NCBI RefSeq assembly: GCF_004010195.1
Contig: NC_057718.1
Coordinates: 62,295,407 to 62,352,218 of the forward strand
Source of the DNA: Chiloscyllium plagiosum
Lineage: Eukaryota
Direction: 5' to 3'
DNA length: 56,812 nt
Positions 50,201-56,812 of the stretch are shown here, one piece after another. The position numbers were made by a program, and so were the translations under genes. Each line of letters begins with the position of its first letter. The stretch's first letter is position 1. The notes beneath the pieces were generated by a model. The model had not been told where the DNA came from. It worked only from the letters and a program-made list of their open reading frames with translations, and did not search any database.

Positions 50201-53200
50201 AAGCAAACCTTTTTGACAAAATCTGTTTCACATAGGTCTTGTAGAATGCCCAGACACACGGTGCAGGTTTTAACCTCATCATCAGGAAGGACATTTCCAC
50301 TGGACAGCAATTTGACTGCTCCATTTTGCTCTGAATCAGAATCATTCTTTTCAGAATCCAACAATCGGATCTTCTTACAAGGTGGTTGATCATATTCCAC
50401 TACCTTAGATTTATCTTCTTCATCGTTCAAGAACTTGTGGAGCTCCGTGAACAATTCCTGAAACACCAACATTATATTTAAAAATGTTCTGTTTGTGATG
50501 GCTTATTTAACATATTCATAAAAGTGGACAGTGTGCCTCTTCAGATTTACATTAAACTGTATCTGACCACTGGATCAATTATCATTGAAACATGTTGCAC
50601 CTGTGTTATATTGAATTAAATTCCACAAGGTTCTGTGAGATGCTGAACCGATGGCACAATATTGTGGGGGTGAAAAGGTGTTGGGAAAGTGGCTGGGTGA
50701 AAGGATAAACATGGGTAAAATTTTATACCATTGCCTGTGGCGGCTTGAGTGGATATGTAAATGGGGAAGATGTGAGGATTCCACCACTTTGATTAAGTTG
50801 GTCAGAGGATGCTTGCTGCCAATTAATCGAAGTCCTGAAGTCAGCAATTAATGCCTCAGTCTGCCATTGCTGATGTTGACTGGCCAGGGACCCAGTCAAA
50901 TGGGAAGCTTGTCAACCAAACGCTGTGGGGATTGCTTGTGGGCTCTTGGCTGTGTGATTAGTAGGTAAACTAAACATTTCATGATTCATTTAGGTTAGTC
51001 ATCCTCACTTAAAGTAACATTGATTGATAAATGAAACAATTATTCTAATCAAGTACACTGTATCACCAATGCAGAGCTTAGCATTCTCACATCATGTGAC
51101 TGTTTAGCTTAATTTTACAAAGAAATGCATCATGGGATTGCAAACAGAGTGAAGATTACAACCTAATGTTTTCAAGTGAAAGATGCAAAACAGAGATATT
51201 GGTTTTATTTCAGATCCAGACTTCCAAGGTTGATTAAGACAGTGATGGTACACTCCACAGCTTGGTAGCCCTTATCAAGGAATCATAAATACACCAATAC
51301 GAGGGCATATCTGTAGTAAAGAAAGAAGTTGTGTGGTTATAGACAGGATCTAACTACTTAGTAAAGGGTCTTGTGGTGCAACAGCTCTACCTTTGAGCCA
51401 GGAGACCTGGGTTCAAGTCCCACCTGTTAGAGATGTTATTTCAAACCTCTAGAGCAGGTGGGACTTGAACCCAATATACAAATTATGATACAAATTATAC
51501 AAATTATGAACCCAATATACAAATTATGAGTGTGACGGCGAGGGTGGTGTGGGCAAGCCTCCTCTGACCAACTTAATCAAAGTGGTGGAATCCTCACATC
51601 TTCCCCATTTACATATCCACTCAAGCCACTTATGGTCATGGTAGTATGCTTGGGAGAACAAGACCTTTGGCTTGAAAAGTTCCCCATCATTGAACCTCCC
51701 TTGTGTCGCGTCCAGGTGTATTGTTCATAAATGCATTATCAGGGATAGGGACCCTATTACTGCACCACAAGAGGGCCAAGTGGCAGGGACAGGCCACTAT
51801 AAATGCTGGAGGAAACACCACAGAAGCGCTTCACAGGAGGCTCCCAAGCACTGAGGATGTCACCTAGACAGGGGACGAAACGTTTGCAACAAAAACTTCC
51901 AGCTCGGCGAACAGAACCACAGCAGCCAGAGGTGTGTAATAACATTTTTGAACAGATTGATTAGAAAAGTTTTTTTTTAAGCAATTGACTAAGTTCAACT
52001 TGCCTTTTAGAAACTCAAATATATTGTTACAAAGGTAACTAAGAGTATGATCCTTTGACCCTAACATATCGTGAGCCGCACTGCTCACAATCTTCATGTA
52101 ATATTTGACCATGAGCTGAACGTCTGACCTCATCTTTTCAATTATCAAGACCATACATCTGCCTCCACCCCTGCTTAGCTCACCTGCTGTTGAAACCTTT
52201 ATCCATGTCTTTATGACGTCCACACCTGATTTTTCCAGGGCTCTCTAACTGATGCCCCATCTTCCATTAACCTGATCTCATCTAAAACTCTGCTGCTGTG
52301 TCCTAAGTTGCACTAAGATTTCCTCACCTTTCACCCTTCTGATCACTTCTATGCTGCTTCACAGTCCAGCAGCATCTCAGTTACAAGTCTGCTATCTTTG
52401 TCTTCAAAGGATTTGAAGGCCTCATTTCTCACCATCTCCACTACCCCTCCAGCTTTACAAACCATTTGAGATCTCTTACTTCAATTTCTAGCAGATTTTG
52501 CATTTGAATTCTTCATCATCACCTTTTTTGTGGAATGTCTAGGCCATAGACTCTAGAATTTTCACCTTCAGTCTCCCCAGTGATCCTTTGTTGAGTTGCT
52601 CCTTAAAACCAATCACTTTGACCAAGCTTTTAGACATGCCCATATTTTGTGATATGGTACACAAGTTATGAGGCAGGTCTTGTGGTCACAGCAACATGCT
52701 TACATTTTTTTTTTAACGTTACATTTTACATTACATTACAGTGTGGAAACAGGCCTTTCGGCCCAACAAGTCCACACTGACCCACCGAAGCGCAACCCAC
52801 CCATACCCCTACATTTATCCCTTACCTAACACTACGGGCAATTTAGCATGGTCAATGCACGGGGAGAACGTGCAAACTCCACACAGTCAGTCGCCTGAGG
52901 CGGGAATTGAACCCGGGTCTCTGGCACTGTGAGGCAGCAGTGCTAACCACTGTGCCACCGTGCCGCCCACTTGGGAGAACAAGACCTATAGATTGTAAGG
53001 CTCCCGTTCACTGAACCTTTCTTGTGTCACATCTGGGTATACTGTTCATGAACGTATTCATCCAGTATGACTGCCAATAAGTTTTTTAAAAATTGTTTAT
53101 TTAATGGAATTTGTTTTATGTCTGTTTAGTAATTGTCATGGTTTTCAGCCTCCTCCTAAACACAGACATTTGGGGTGGGGGGGGGGGGGGGGGGTGATGG

Positions 53201-55646
53201 GTAGAGGGAGTCTACCGGAACAAACAGTATTTTCAGAGGTTTTAAGCAATGTTTTAGCTACAGAAGCTTGGCTAGAGAAGATAAGTGACTATTCAACGAG
53301 ATAAAGTGTTGCATCATTATTTTAAGCAAGAAAGATGTACAAGCTGACCCCATATTGCACTGCATTTATGAGATGGTTTGAGGTTTTGCAGCAATATATT
53401 TTGGAATGGATGATTCAAAGAAAAGCCATGATTTCAGGCATCAAATGGATAGCGAATCTCCAGCCAGGTCTGTGAACTGGAATTGAGGAAAGTCCATTCG
53501 CAATGTATTTGCTAGTTGCTTCAACTTGTATAGCACCTTTGAAATAGCAAAATGTGCTAATGTACTACAGATCGGCATGAAGGTGGCTCGACTGTTAGCA
53601 TTACTGCCGCACAGTGCCAGGGAATATGAAGTTTGCACATCCTCAGTGTCTGCGTGGGTTTCCTCCAGGTGCTCTGGTTTCCTCCCACACTTCAAAGATG
53701 TTGAGGTTAGGTGGATTGGCCATGCTACATTACTCAGATGTATGCAGACTAGGTGGATTAGCTACAGAAAATATGGGGTTACAGGAATGGAGTGGGTCTG
53801 GATGGAATGCTCTTCAGAGGATTGGTGTGGACCCGATGGAATGAATGACCTGCTTCTTCACAGTCAGCATTCGATGAGTTCTATGAGATTCTATGAAGAG
53901 AAGAAAGGGGGGAAAATTGATGAAGAAATAAGTTATCAAAGTGATTTAGAAGAGAAGGAAAAATGTCCTGAGATAAAGGGTTTTAGGGAGTAACTTCTGA
54001 CTGTTGAAGGCAAGATGGCTGAGAGTGCTACCACCAATGTTAGAAGTTAGAGGTAGATGGGGTTGGAGCTATAGAGAGATTTTATAGGGAGGTTAGAGAT
54101 TTTTTACTTAATAAAGATTATATAGATTCATAGATACATGGAAATACAGCATCACTTCAACTCATCCGCGCCAACCAAATACTCCAACCTGACCCAGTCC
54201 CATTTGCCAACATTTGGCCCATATCCCTCTAAATCCTTCCCAATCATACATCCATCCAGGTGCCTTTTAAATGTTGCATTTGTACCAGCCTCCACCACTT
54301 CCTCTGGCAGCTCATTCCATACAAGCACCAACCTCTGCATGAAAATGTCAGATCCTTTTTAAATCTTTCCTCTCACCTTAAACTTATGCCCTCTAGTTCT
54401 GGACTTCCCCCACCCTAGGAAAAAGACTATGGCTACTCACCCTATCCATTTAGGGCAGTACAGTGGCTCAGTGGTTAGCACTACTGCCTTACAGTACCAG
54501 GGACCAGTACCAGTACCTTACAGTCTGTGTGGAATTTGCACATTCTCCCCATGTCTATGTGGATTTCCACTGGGTACTCCGGTTTCCTCCCACAGTCCAA
54601 AGGTGTGCAGGCTAGGTTGATTGGCCATGCTAAATTGCCCATAGCATTCAAGGATGTATAGTTTAGGTGTGTTAGCCATGGGAAATGCAGGGTTATAGGA
54701 AAGAGTGGGGAGTTGGGACTGGGTGGGATGCTGTTCGGAGGGTTGGTGGACTTGCTGGGTCAAATGGCCTGTTTCTATACTAGGGATTCTAATGATTCCA
54801 TTCCACTCATGATTTTATAAACCTCAATAAGGTCACCCCCCAGTCTCCAACACTCCAGGGAAAAAAGCATTGGTCTTTTCAGCTTTTCCCTCCAGCTCAA
54901 ACCCTCCTGTCCCGGCAACATCCTGGCAAATATTTTCTGTACCTTCAAGTTTAACAACATCATTCCTATAGGAAGGCAACCAGAATTGTATGCAGTATTC
55001 CAGAAGTGGCCTCATCAATGTCCTGTACAGCTGCAACATGATATTCCAACTCCTGTACTCAGTGCTCTGACCAATGCCTTCTTCACCACCCTTCTACCTG
55101 CGACTCCACTTTCAAGGAACTATGCACCTGCACCCCTATGTTCAGCAATGCTCCCCAGGGCCTACTATTAAGTGTACAAGCCCTGAACTGATCTACCTTA
55201 CCAAAATGTACACCTCACATTTATTTAAATTAAATTCCACATTCCACTCCTTGGCCCACTGGCCCATCTGATCAATGTCCCGATGTACTCTGGGATAATG
55301 TCCTTCATTGTGCATTACAATCACCTATTTTGTTGTCATCTGCAAACTTACTAACCATACCTCCTATATTCACATCCAAACCATTTATATAAATGATGAA
55401 AAGCAATGGATACAGCACTGATTCTTGTGACACATAATAGCATTTTCCAGGTGTTCAAACTGTTTTTTTAAGAAGCTCACATTGTTAAACTTTTAAATGA
55501 AAATAAAACATTTCAAAAACCTTGCATGAAAGCCTGTACGTAGGCTGAATCCCAACAGAACAGAATCTTAGTATACATCGAGGACAGCATCCTGCACTGA
55601 GCAACATCTGGACAACTCTCCTGTCCTTCTCCTTCAATGGAAACAT
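8234..55646 (-). CDS. PUS10: PUS10 tRNA pseudouridine synthase, partial multi-exon gene (11 coding exons, ~350 N-terminal codons; 3' exons not found in the window)
   Basis: Spliced translation MFPLKEKDRR...CCPRC...PPCKKIRL...CTVCLGIL...GRYNKFSRNLPQTPW...SSGREDVDVRALGN matches vertebrate PUS10 as recalled. All introns are GT-AG with consistent phases. The catalytic Asp falls at codon 342 (human D344). Confidence 0.97.
9599..9724 (-). CDS. PUS10: PUS10 coding exon 10 (GRYNKFSRNLPQTPWVIDGERKMESSVEELIGEPLKKTFKVD)
   Basis: TAG acceptor, A|GTAAGT donor, 126 nt. Conserved GRYxKxxRxxxQTPW Pus10 motif. Confidence 0.97.
10001..10115 (-). mobile_element. Short tRNA-derived SINE (family 2)
   Basis: Reverse complement of GGCCTGGGTTCAAGATCCACCTGCTCCAGAGGT...CAGGTTGAT; same family as 11571-11697 and 56197-56308. 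Confidence 0.75.
10136..10236 (+). mobile_element. Penelope terminal fragment with a 19-bp target-site duplication
   Basis: TGGCTCAAAGAGAATAGCT at 10117-10135 and 10237-10255 flanks the GATGCTGCCTGACCTGCTG...CAGCATCTGCAGTCCTC pLTR sequence. Confidence 0.85.
10999..11167 (+). mobile_element. Penelope-derived hairpin element (61-bp inverted arms plus 3' extension)
   Basis: Arms 10999-11059 and 11070-11130; TGATTTA direct repeats at 10991-10997 and 11170-11176. Family assignment is from recall. Confidence 0.7.
11571..11697 (+). mobile_element. Short tRNA-derived SINE (family 2); further partial copies at ~11345-11440 and ~11700-11745
   Basis: A-box-like TGGCACCGTTG, decayed B-box, GAACAGGTTGATTA followed by an A-rich tail. 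Confidence 0.7.
12749..12818 (-). mobile_element. Penelope terminal fragment with an 11-bp TSD
   Basis: AGACTTAAGAG at 12738-12748 and 12819-12829 flanks ACTGCAGATGCTGGAAACCAG...CAGGCAGCATCC. Confidence 0.8.
13870..13955 (-). CDS. PUS10: PUS10 coding exon 9 (QFPHQLERPKSSCVIQEIQCTHDSIYVA)
   Basis: CAG acceptor at 13958-13956, G|GTAAGA donor, 86 nt; keeps the reading frame. Confidence 0.93.
14455..15528 (+). mobile_element. 5'-truncated Penelope-like element (RT thumb, GIY-YIG endonuclease, 3' UTR/pLTR)
   Basis: LVYY..CSQCDLLYIGEMKYRLGDCFAEHL GIY-YIG motif; EEQYL.FHLGTL C-terminus; terminal CTGAAGA...GAAAC motif. Confidence 0.88.
15426..15463 (+). ncRNA. Candidate minimal hammerhead ribozyme (Penelope-associated)
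   Basis: GGUU-CUGAAGA-AGGGUU(GCU)AACUCU-GAAA-CAUU-AACU: core boxes, stem II and stem I are all pairable. Confidence 0.6.
15961..16025 (-). CDS. PUS10: PUS10 coding exon 8 (SIFTRMAVVKALEKIKDGDFL)
   Basis: CAG acceptor, CA|GTGAGT donor, 65 nt. Confidence 0.95.
16815..17360 (-). mobile_element. CR1 LINE 3' end
   Basis: ERLNRLGVFSLECRGLRGDLLEVYK; CR1 tail. Confidence 0.9.
17400..18050 (+). mobile_element. Decayed L2/CR1-clade LINE 3' portion
   Basis: Decayed HAFVTSRLD-like motif (CATGCTTTTGTCACTTCTAGGCTTGAC) and LHWL motif; related copies at ~14100-14375 and ~52050-52660. Confidence 0.6.
18570..18912 (+). mobile_element. HE1-like V-SINE, full length
   Basis: tRNA head, V-domain and GGGATTCTAT tail. 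Confidence 0.92.
20160..20205 (-). CDS. PUS10: PUS10 coding exon 7 (ATACRECFRPTKSKQ)
   Basis: TAG acceptor, CAG|GTATTT donor, 46 nt. Similar to human AAICPDCFKPAKNKQ. Confidence 0.92.
21270..22495 (+). mobile_element. V-SINE tRNA head (21270-21340) fused to a 5'-truncated CR1 LINE (21336-22495)
   Basis: GGTGGCACAGTGGTTCAGTG...GGTTCGATTCCAGCCTT runs directly into CR1 AFDKV, SGVPQESVLG and the CR1 tail. Confidence 0.88.
23442..23503 (-). CDS. PUS10: PUS10 coding exon 6 (SVFELSVVFAHPETDGDCHF)
   Basis: TAG acceptor, TT|GTAAGT donor, 62 nt. Confidence 0.95.
23928..24039 (-). CDS. PUS10: PUS10 coding exon 5 (QQGNILKKDDILQLKEVYKWITHPLLSEELGVPVDGK)
   Basis: CAG acceptor, AAG|GTACAG donor, 112 nt. 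Confidence 0.95.
24691..24727 (+). ncRNA. Candidate minimal hammerhead ribozyme at a solo Penelope end (24691-24790)
   Basis: AGUU-CUGAAGA-AA-GGUU(ACUG)GACC-GAAA-UGUU-AACU. Confidence 0.55.
26025..26535 (-). mobile_element. CR1 LINE 3' end
   Basis: Reverse complement of LEYCVQFWSPF and a CR1 3' UTR/tail. Confidence 0.85.
27230..27550 (-). mobile_element. CR1 LINE 3' end
   Basis: RGNFFTQRMVHVWNELP...KRHLDKYM. Confidence 0.88.
27750..28530 (+). mobile_element. Decayed CR1-clade LINE, second family (related copies at 541-668, 41120-42560, 45750-46180, 47850-48930, 55890-56195)
   Basis: Shared motifs such as TGAATCCCCTACTATCAAC, TCCACCATCT..AAGACACA..TCAGG.GTGTGATG and GCTCACCACCAC...CAAGG.CAATTAGGGA. 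Confidence 0.7.
29660..30398 (+). mobile_element. CR1 LINE 3' part interrupted by the LTR element; tail sequence resumes at ~37967-38105
   Basis: QRDLGVQVHSSLK...YCVQFWS...RLRGDLIQVYK...KRHLDGY; GAATAGGAAGGG...CTCTATGATTCTAT at 37975-38105. Confidence 0.85.
30399..30496 (+). repeat. Truncated 5' LTR (first 98 bp only)
   Basis: Matches 34799-34896 with 9 mismatches in 98 bp, then joins directly to gag. Confidence 0.9.
30952..31206 (+). mobile_element. V-SINE inside the LTR element
   Basis: tRNA head, V-domain and (TAATC)n tail. Confidence 0.9.
31564..31815 (-). mobile_element. V-SINE (5'-truncated) inside the LTR element
   Basis: Reverse complement of the V-domain, with a GATTAGATTAG tail. 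Confidence 0.9.
34799..35497 (+). repeat. Complete 3' LTR (699 bp, TGTTA...TAACA)
   Basis: Preceded by the polypurine tract AAGGGGGAAG; TG...CA termini with a 5-bp inverted repeat. Confidence 0.9.
34950..35075 (+). promoter_or_regulatory. Putative LTR U3 promoter (CCAAT boxes, TATAAGA at 35067-35073); AATAAA at 35365-35370
   Basis: Motif order is typical of an LTR U3/R region; it would be antisense to PUS10. Activity unknown. Confidence 0.4.
35507..37226 (-). mobile_element. Penelope-like element (partial RT, GIY-YIG, 3' pLTR)
   Basis: TRMGPSY...FFRYIDD, FHPDLKFTWTISDTSLPFLD, HFN...LEEEQLIF motifs and the terminal pLTR. Confidence 0.92.
35601..35634 (-). ncRNA. Candidate minimal hammerhead ribozyme (sense to PUS10 pre-mRNA)
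   Basis: CUGAUGA-A-GGGC(UUAU)GCCC-GAAA-CAUC; stem I is weak in this copy. Confidence 0.5.
37227..37966 (+). mobile_element. Inverted second Penelope 3' segment (GIY-YIG plus pLTR)
   Basis: CHRKRCKTC...CSQYGLLSIGETGHQLVECFREHL...LEEERLIFRLGTLQPHGIN. Confidence 0.9.
38736..38770 (-). CDS. PUS10: PUS10 coding exon 4 (HATWLLVKQELG)
   Basis: TAG acceptor, GG|GTAAGT donor, 35 nt. Similar to human HAAWLLVKQEMG. Confidence 0.92.
39858..40872. mobile_element. Penelope-like element with a 5' inversion (39858-40425 minus; 40429-40872 plus)
   Basis: LVYCIRCSRCDLPHTGET...EQFAEHL on the minus strand; KLEEQHLVFRLGSLQPGGL and the pLTR on the plus strand. Confidence 0.85.
41550..41863 (+). mobile_element. 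Young full-length V-SINE inserted in a CR1-clade LINE
   Basis: CpG-rich intact head GGGCGGCACGGTGGCCCAGTGG...GGTTCAATTCC, V-domain and TAATC tail. Confidence 0.95.
42146..42352. mobile_element. Penelope-derived hairpin (inverted pLTR) with a 10-bp TSD
   Basis: ACCTTCCAAA at 42136-42145 and 42353-42362; inverted arms of ~65 bp. Confidence 0.85.
43170..43320. mobile_element. 151-bp Tc1/mariner-pogo type MITE
   Basis: TA|CAGAACAACCTC...GAGGTTGTTCTG|TA: 12-bp perfect TIR, TA duplication and internal TTATCCGAA subrepeats. Confidence 0.88.
44655..45013. mobile_element. Tigger/pogo-like non-autonomous DNA transposon
   Basis: Splits the CR1 sequence GGAGTA|CAATGTGG with a TA duplication. Imperfect TIRs CAGGTCTGGTATTTCTTATCTG and CAGTTTGGGTATCCTACATCTG. 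Confidence 0.75.
45235..45302 (+). repeat. Perfect 34-bp tandem duplication
   Basis: CATTTTTATGGAAGGATGTTAATACATTGGAAGC x2. Confidence 0.95.
46227..46282 (+). repeat. 23-bp tandem repeat, 2.4 copies
   Basis: AAACAACTAACATTGCATTGAGC x2 plus AAACAACTAA. Confidence 0.95.
46669..46755 (-). CDS. PUS10: PUS10 coding exon 3 (VCAEVDSAGYHFNSLVFSVSLPPQLLVRE)
   Basis: TAG acceptor, GAG|GTGAGT donor, 87 nt. Confidence 0.95.
49500..50000 (-). mobile_element. Decayed CR1 LINE 3' part
   Basis: Reverse complement of the decayed LVRP.....VDNFGLL...ALEAVQKSFTRLIP motif. Confidence 0.7.
50209..50457 (-). CDS. PUS10: PUS10 coding exon 2 (ELFTELHKFL...PPCKKIRL...CTVCLGILQDLCETDFVKK)
   Basis: CAG acceptor, donor AAG|GTTTGC, 249 nt. 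Contains the KKIRL NLS-like motif and the second CxxC. Confidence 0.95.
51752..51925 (+). mobile_element. Penelope 3' terminal fragment (third family)
   Basis: ...CACAGAAGCGCTTCACAGGAGGCTCCCAAGCACTGAGGATGTCACCTAGACAGGGGACGAAACG...; recognised from recall and from its hammerhead-like motif. Confidence 0.6.
51848..51887 (+). ncRNA. Candidate minimal hammerhead ribozyme (best-preserved copy)
   Basis: GCA-CUGAGGA-U-GUC-A-CCU(AGAC)AGG-G-GAC-GAA-ACGU-U-UGC: stem I GCA/UGC, stem II, and a palindromic ACGU in place of stem III. Confidence 0.65.
52715..52971 (-). mobile_element. Young V-SINE, internally deleted
   Basis: Reverse complement of the 41550-type head; (TAATG)n tail. Confidence 0.92.
53575..53893 (+). 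mobile_element. Old V-SINE
   Basis: Decayed head, V-domain and TTCTATG tail. Confidence 0.85.
54115..55430 (-). mobile_element. CR1 LINE 3' part with a V-SINE (54453-54795, plus) inserted
   Basis: LQLYRTLMRPLLEYCIQFW...GDLIEVYK...WNELPEEVV; the SINE is flanked by TCCATT. Confidence 0.9.
55521..55646 (-). CDS. PUS10: PUS10 first coding exon (MFPLKEKDRRVVQMLLSAGCCPRCILRFCSVGIQPTYRLSCK)
   Basis: ATG at 55646-55644. Upstream polypyrimidine tract and AG acceptor at 55659-55658. Donor AAG|GTTTTT. 126 nt; contains a CxxC zinc-ligand pair. Confidence 0.95.
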
Positions 55647-56196
55647 GACTTCTAATCCTATTAAACAAAAAAAGGCAGGAACAATAATTTTCATTAATGT
55701 TTACAGGTTTTACAATTGTTTTCAACTTGAAATAAATAGTTTCAAAGATCATGTTCAACTTTCACATTCATTTTCAGTTACATTTTTGTGCATCAATGTT
55801 TGGGAACAGGCTACTTGGTCATTTCCCTTTCCTAAACTATCTGTTTTACCAAGTTATGGCAAGCCGTACAATTTTTGCAGTGAATTCACATGACAGAGAG
55901 TGAGAGGTTGCTGACTCTCTTCAGGACAATTTGGCTGGTCCACTTCAATTTCTGGTTAATGATAACATTATCACATAATCCCCAAGTTATCATAATGTCG
56001 AAGTGAGATGATTGGATTGGGCATTGCCTGGTACTTGTGTGGCACAAATATTACTTTCCACTTTTCGGACCACATCCAATAATATACAAATGATACTAAA
56101 TATTGTGCAATCAACTTCATTTGAATCTTATGATGACTTTACTTCATTGATGGAGCAACTGAAGATGGTTGGTCCTAAAACACTACCCTGAAGACT

Positions 56197-56308
56197 GGGG
56201 CTTTTGTGGTGCAGTGCTAACATCCCTGCCTCTCAGCCAGGAGGCCTGAGCTCAAGTCCTACCTGCTACAGAGTAACAATATCTCTGAACAGGTTGATTA
56301 AAAAATAT
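56197..56308 (+). mobile_element. Short tRNA-derived SINE (family 2)
   Basis: A-box TGGTGCAGTG, B-box-like GCTCAAGTCC, GAACAGGTTGATTAAAAAA end. Confidence 0.75.
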
Positions 56309-56516
56309 TTACCTTAAGTCCATCCAACTGAAGTGTTCCCCAATTGCCACTGAATGGGACTGTTTTTCAGGGCTCTTTGATGTTACCCTCAGTCAAGTGA
56401 TGCTTTAATATTGTTACAAATTCACGAGACAATATTCTGCTCAGAGTTCAATAAAGACAACCTTATAAGTTAGATACCTTAAGTGAGTGTCTTATGATAG
56501 AGGTCACATGATTATT

Positions 56517-56812
56517 ACCTCCATCCCCCATCACGAAGGACTCAAAGCCCTCCGCTTCTTCTTTTCCCGCCGTACCAACCAGTACCCTTCCACTGACACC
56601 CTCCTTCGACTGACTGAACTGGTCCTCACCCTGAACAACTTTTCTTTCCAATCCTCCCACTTCCTCCAAACGAAAGGAGTAGCCATGGGCACCCGCATGG
56701 GCCCCAGCTATGCCTGCCTCTTCGTAGGATATGTGGAACAGTCCATCTTCCGCAACTACACTGGCCCCATCCCCCACCTTTTCCTCCGCTACAGCGATGA
56801 CTGTATCGGCGC
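56517..56812 (+). mobile_element. Young Penelope-like RT fragment running off the window
   Basis: ELVLTLNNF...GVAMGTRMGPSYACLFVGYVEQ...FLRYSDDCIG; CpG-rich. Confidence 0.92.

Overview
Eukaryotic (vertebrate) genomic DNA, very likely a shark; this is inferred from the HE1/V-SINE, CR1 and Penelope repeat families. The window holds 11 consecutive coding exons of PUS10 (tRNA pseudouridine synthase 10) on the minus strand, from the ATG at 55646 to the catalytic GREDVD exon at 8234-8290. That is 1051 coding nt, all GT-AG and in phase. I did not find the remaining 3' exons or a 5' UTR exon, so they probably lie outside the window. The introns are filled with decayed transposons: CR1/L2 LINEs, V-SINEs, a second short tRNA-like SINE, two TA-flanked Tc1/pogo-type MITEs, several Penelope-like (GIY-YIG) elements and a Gmr1-type gypsy LTR element with integrase before RT. 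The most notable structures are: (1) a ~1.57-kb near-perfect palindrome centred on a Penelope terminal hairpin; (2) minimal hammerhead-ribozyme motifs at the ends of three Penelope families; (3) an inversion inside the LTR element bounded by inverted SINEs; (4) a complex templated insertion at ~51.4-51.9 kb. Most ORFs in the supplied track are transposon debris or spurious.
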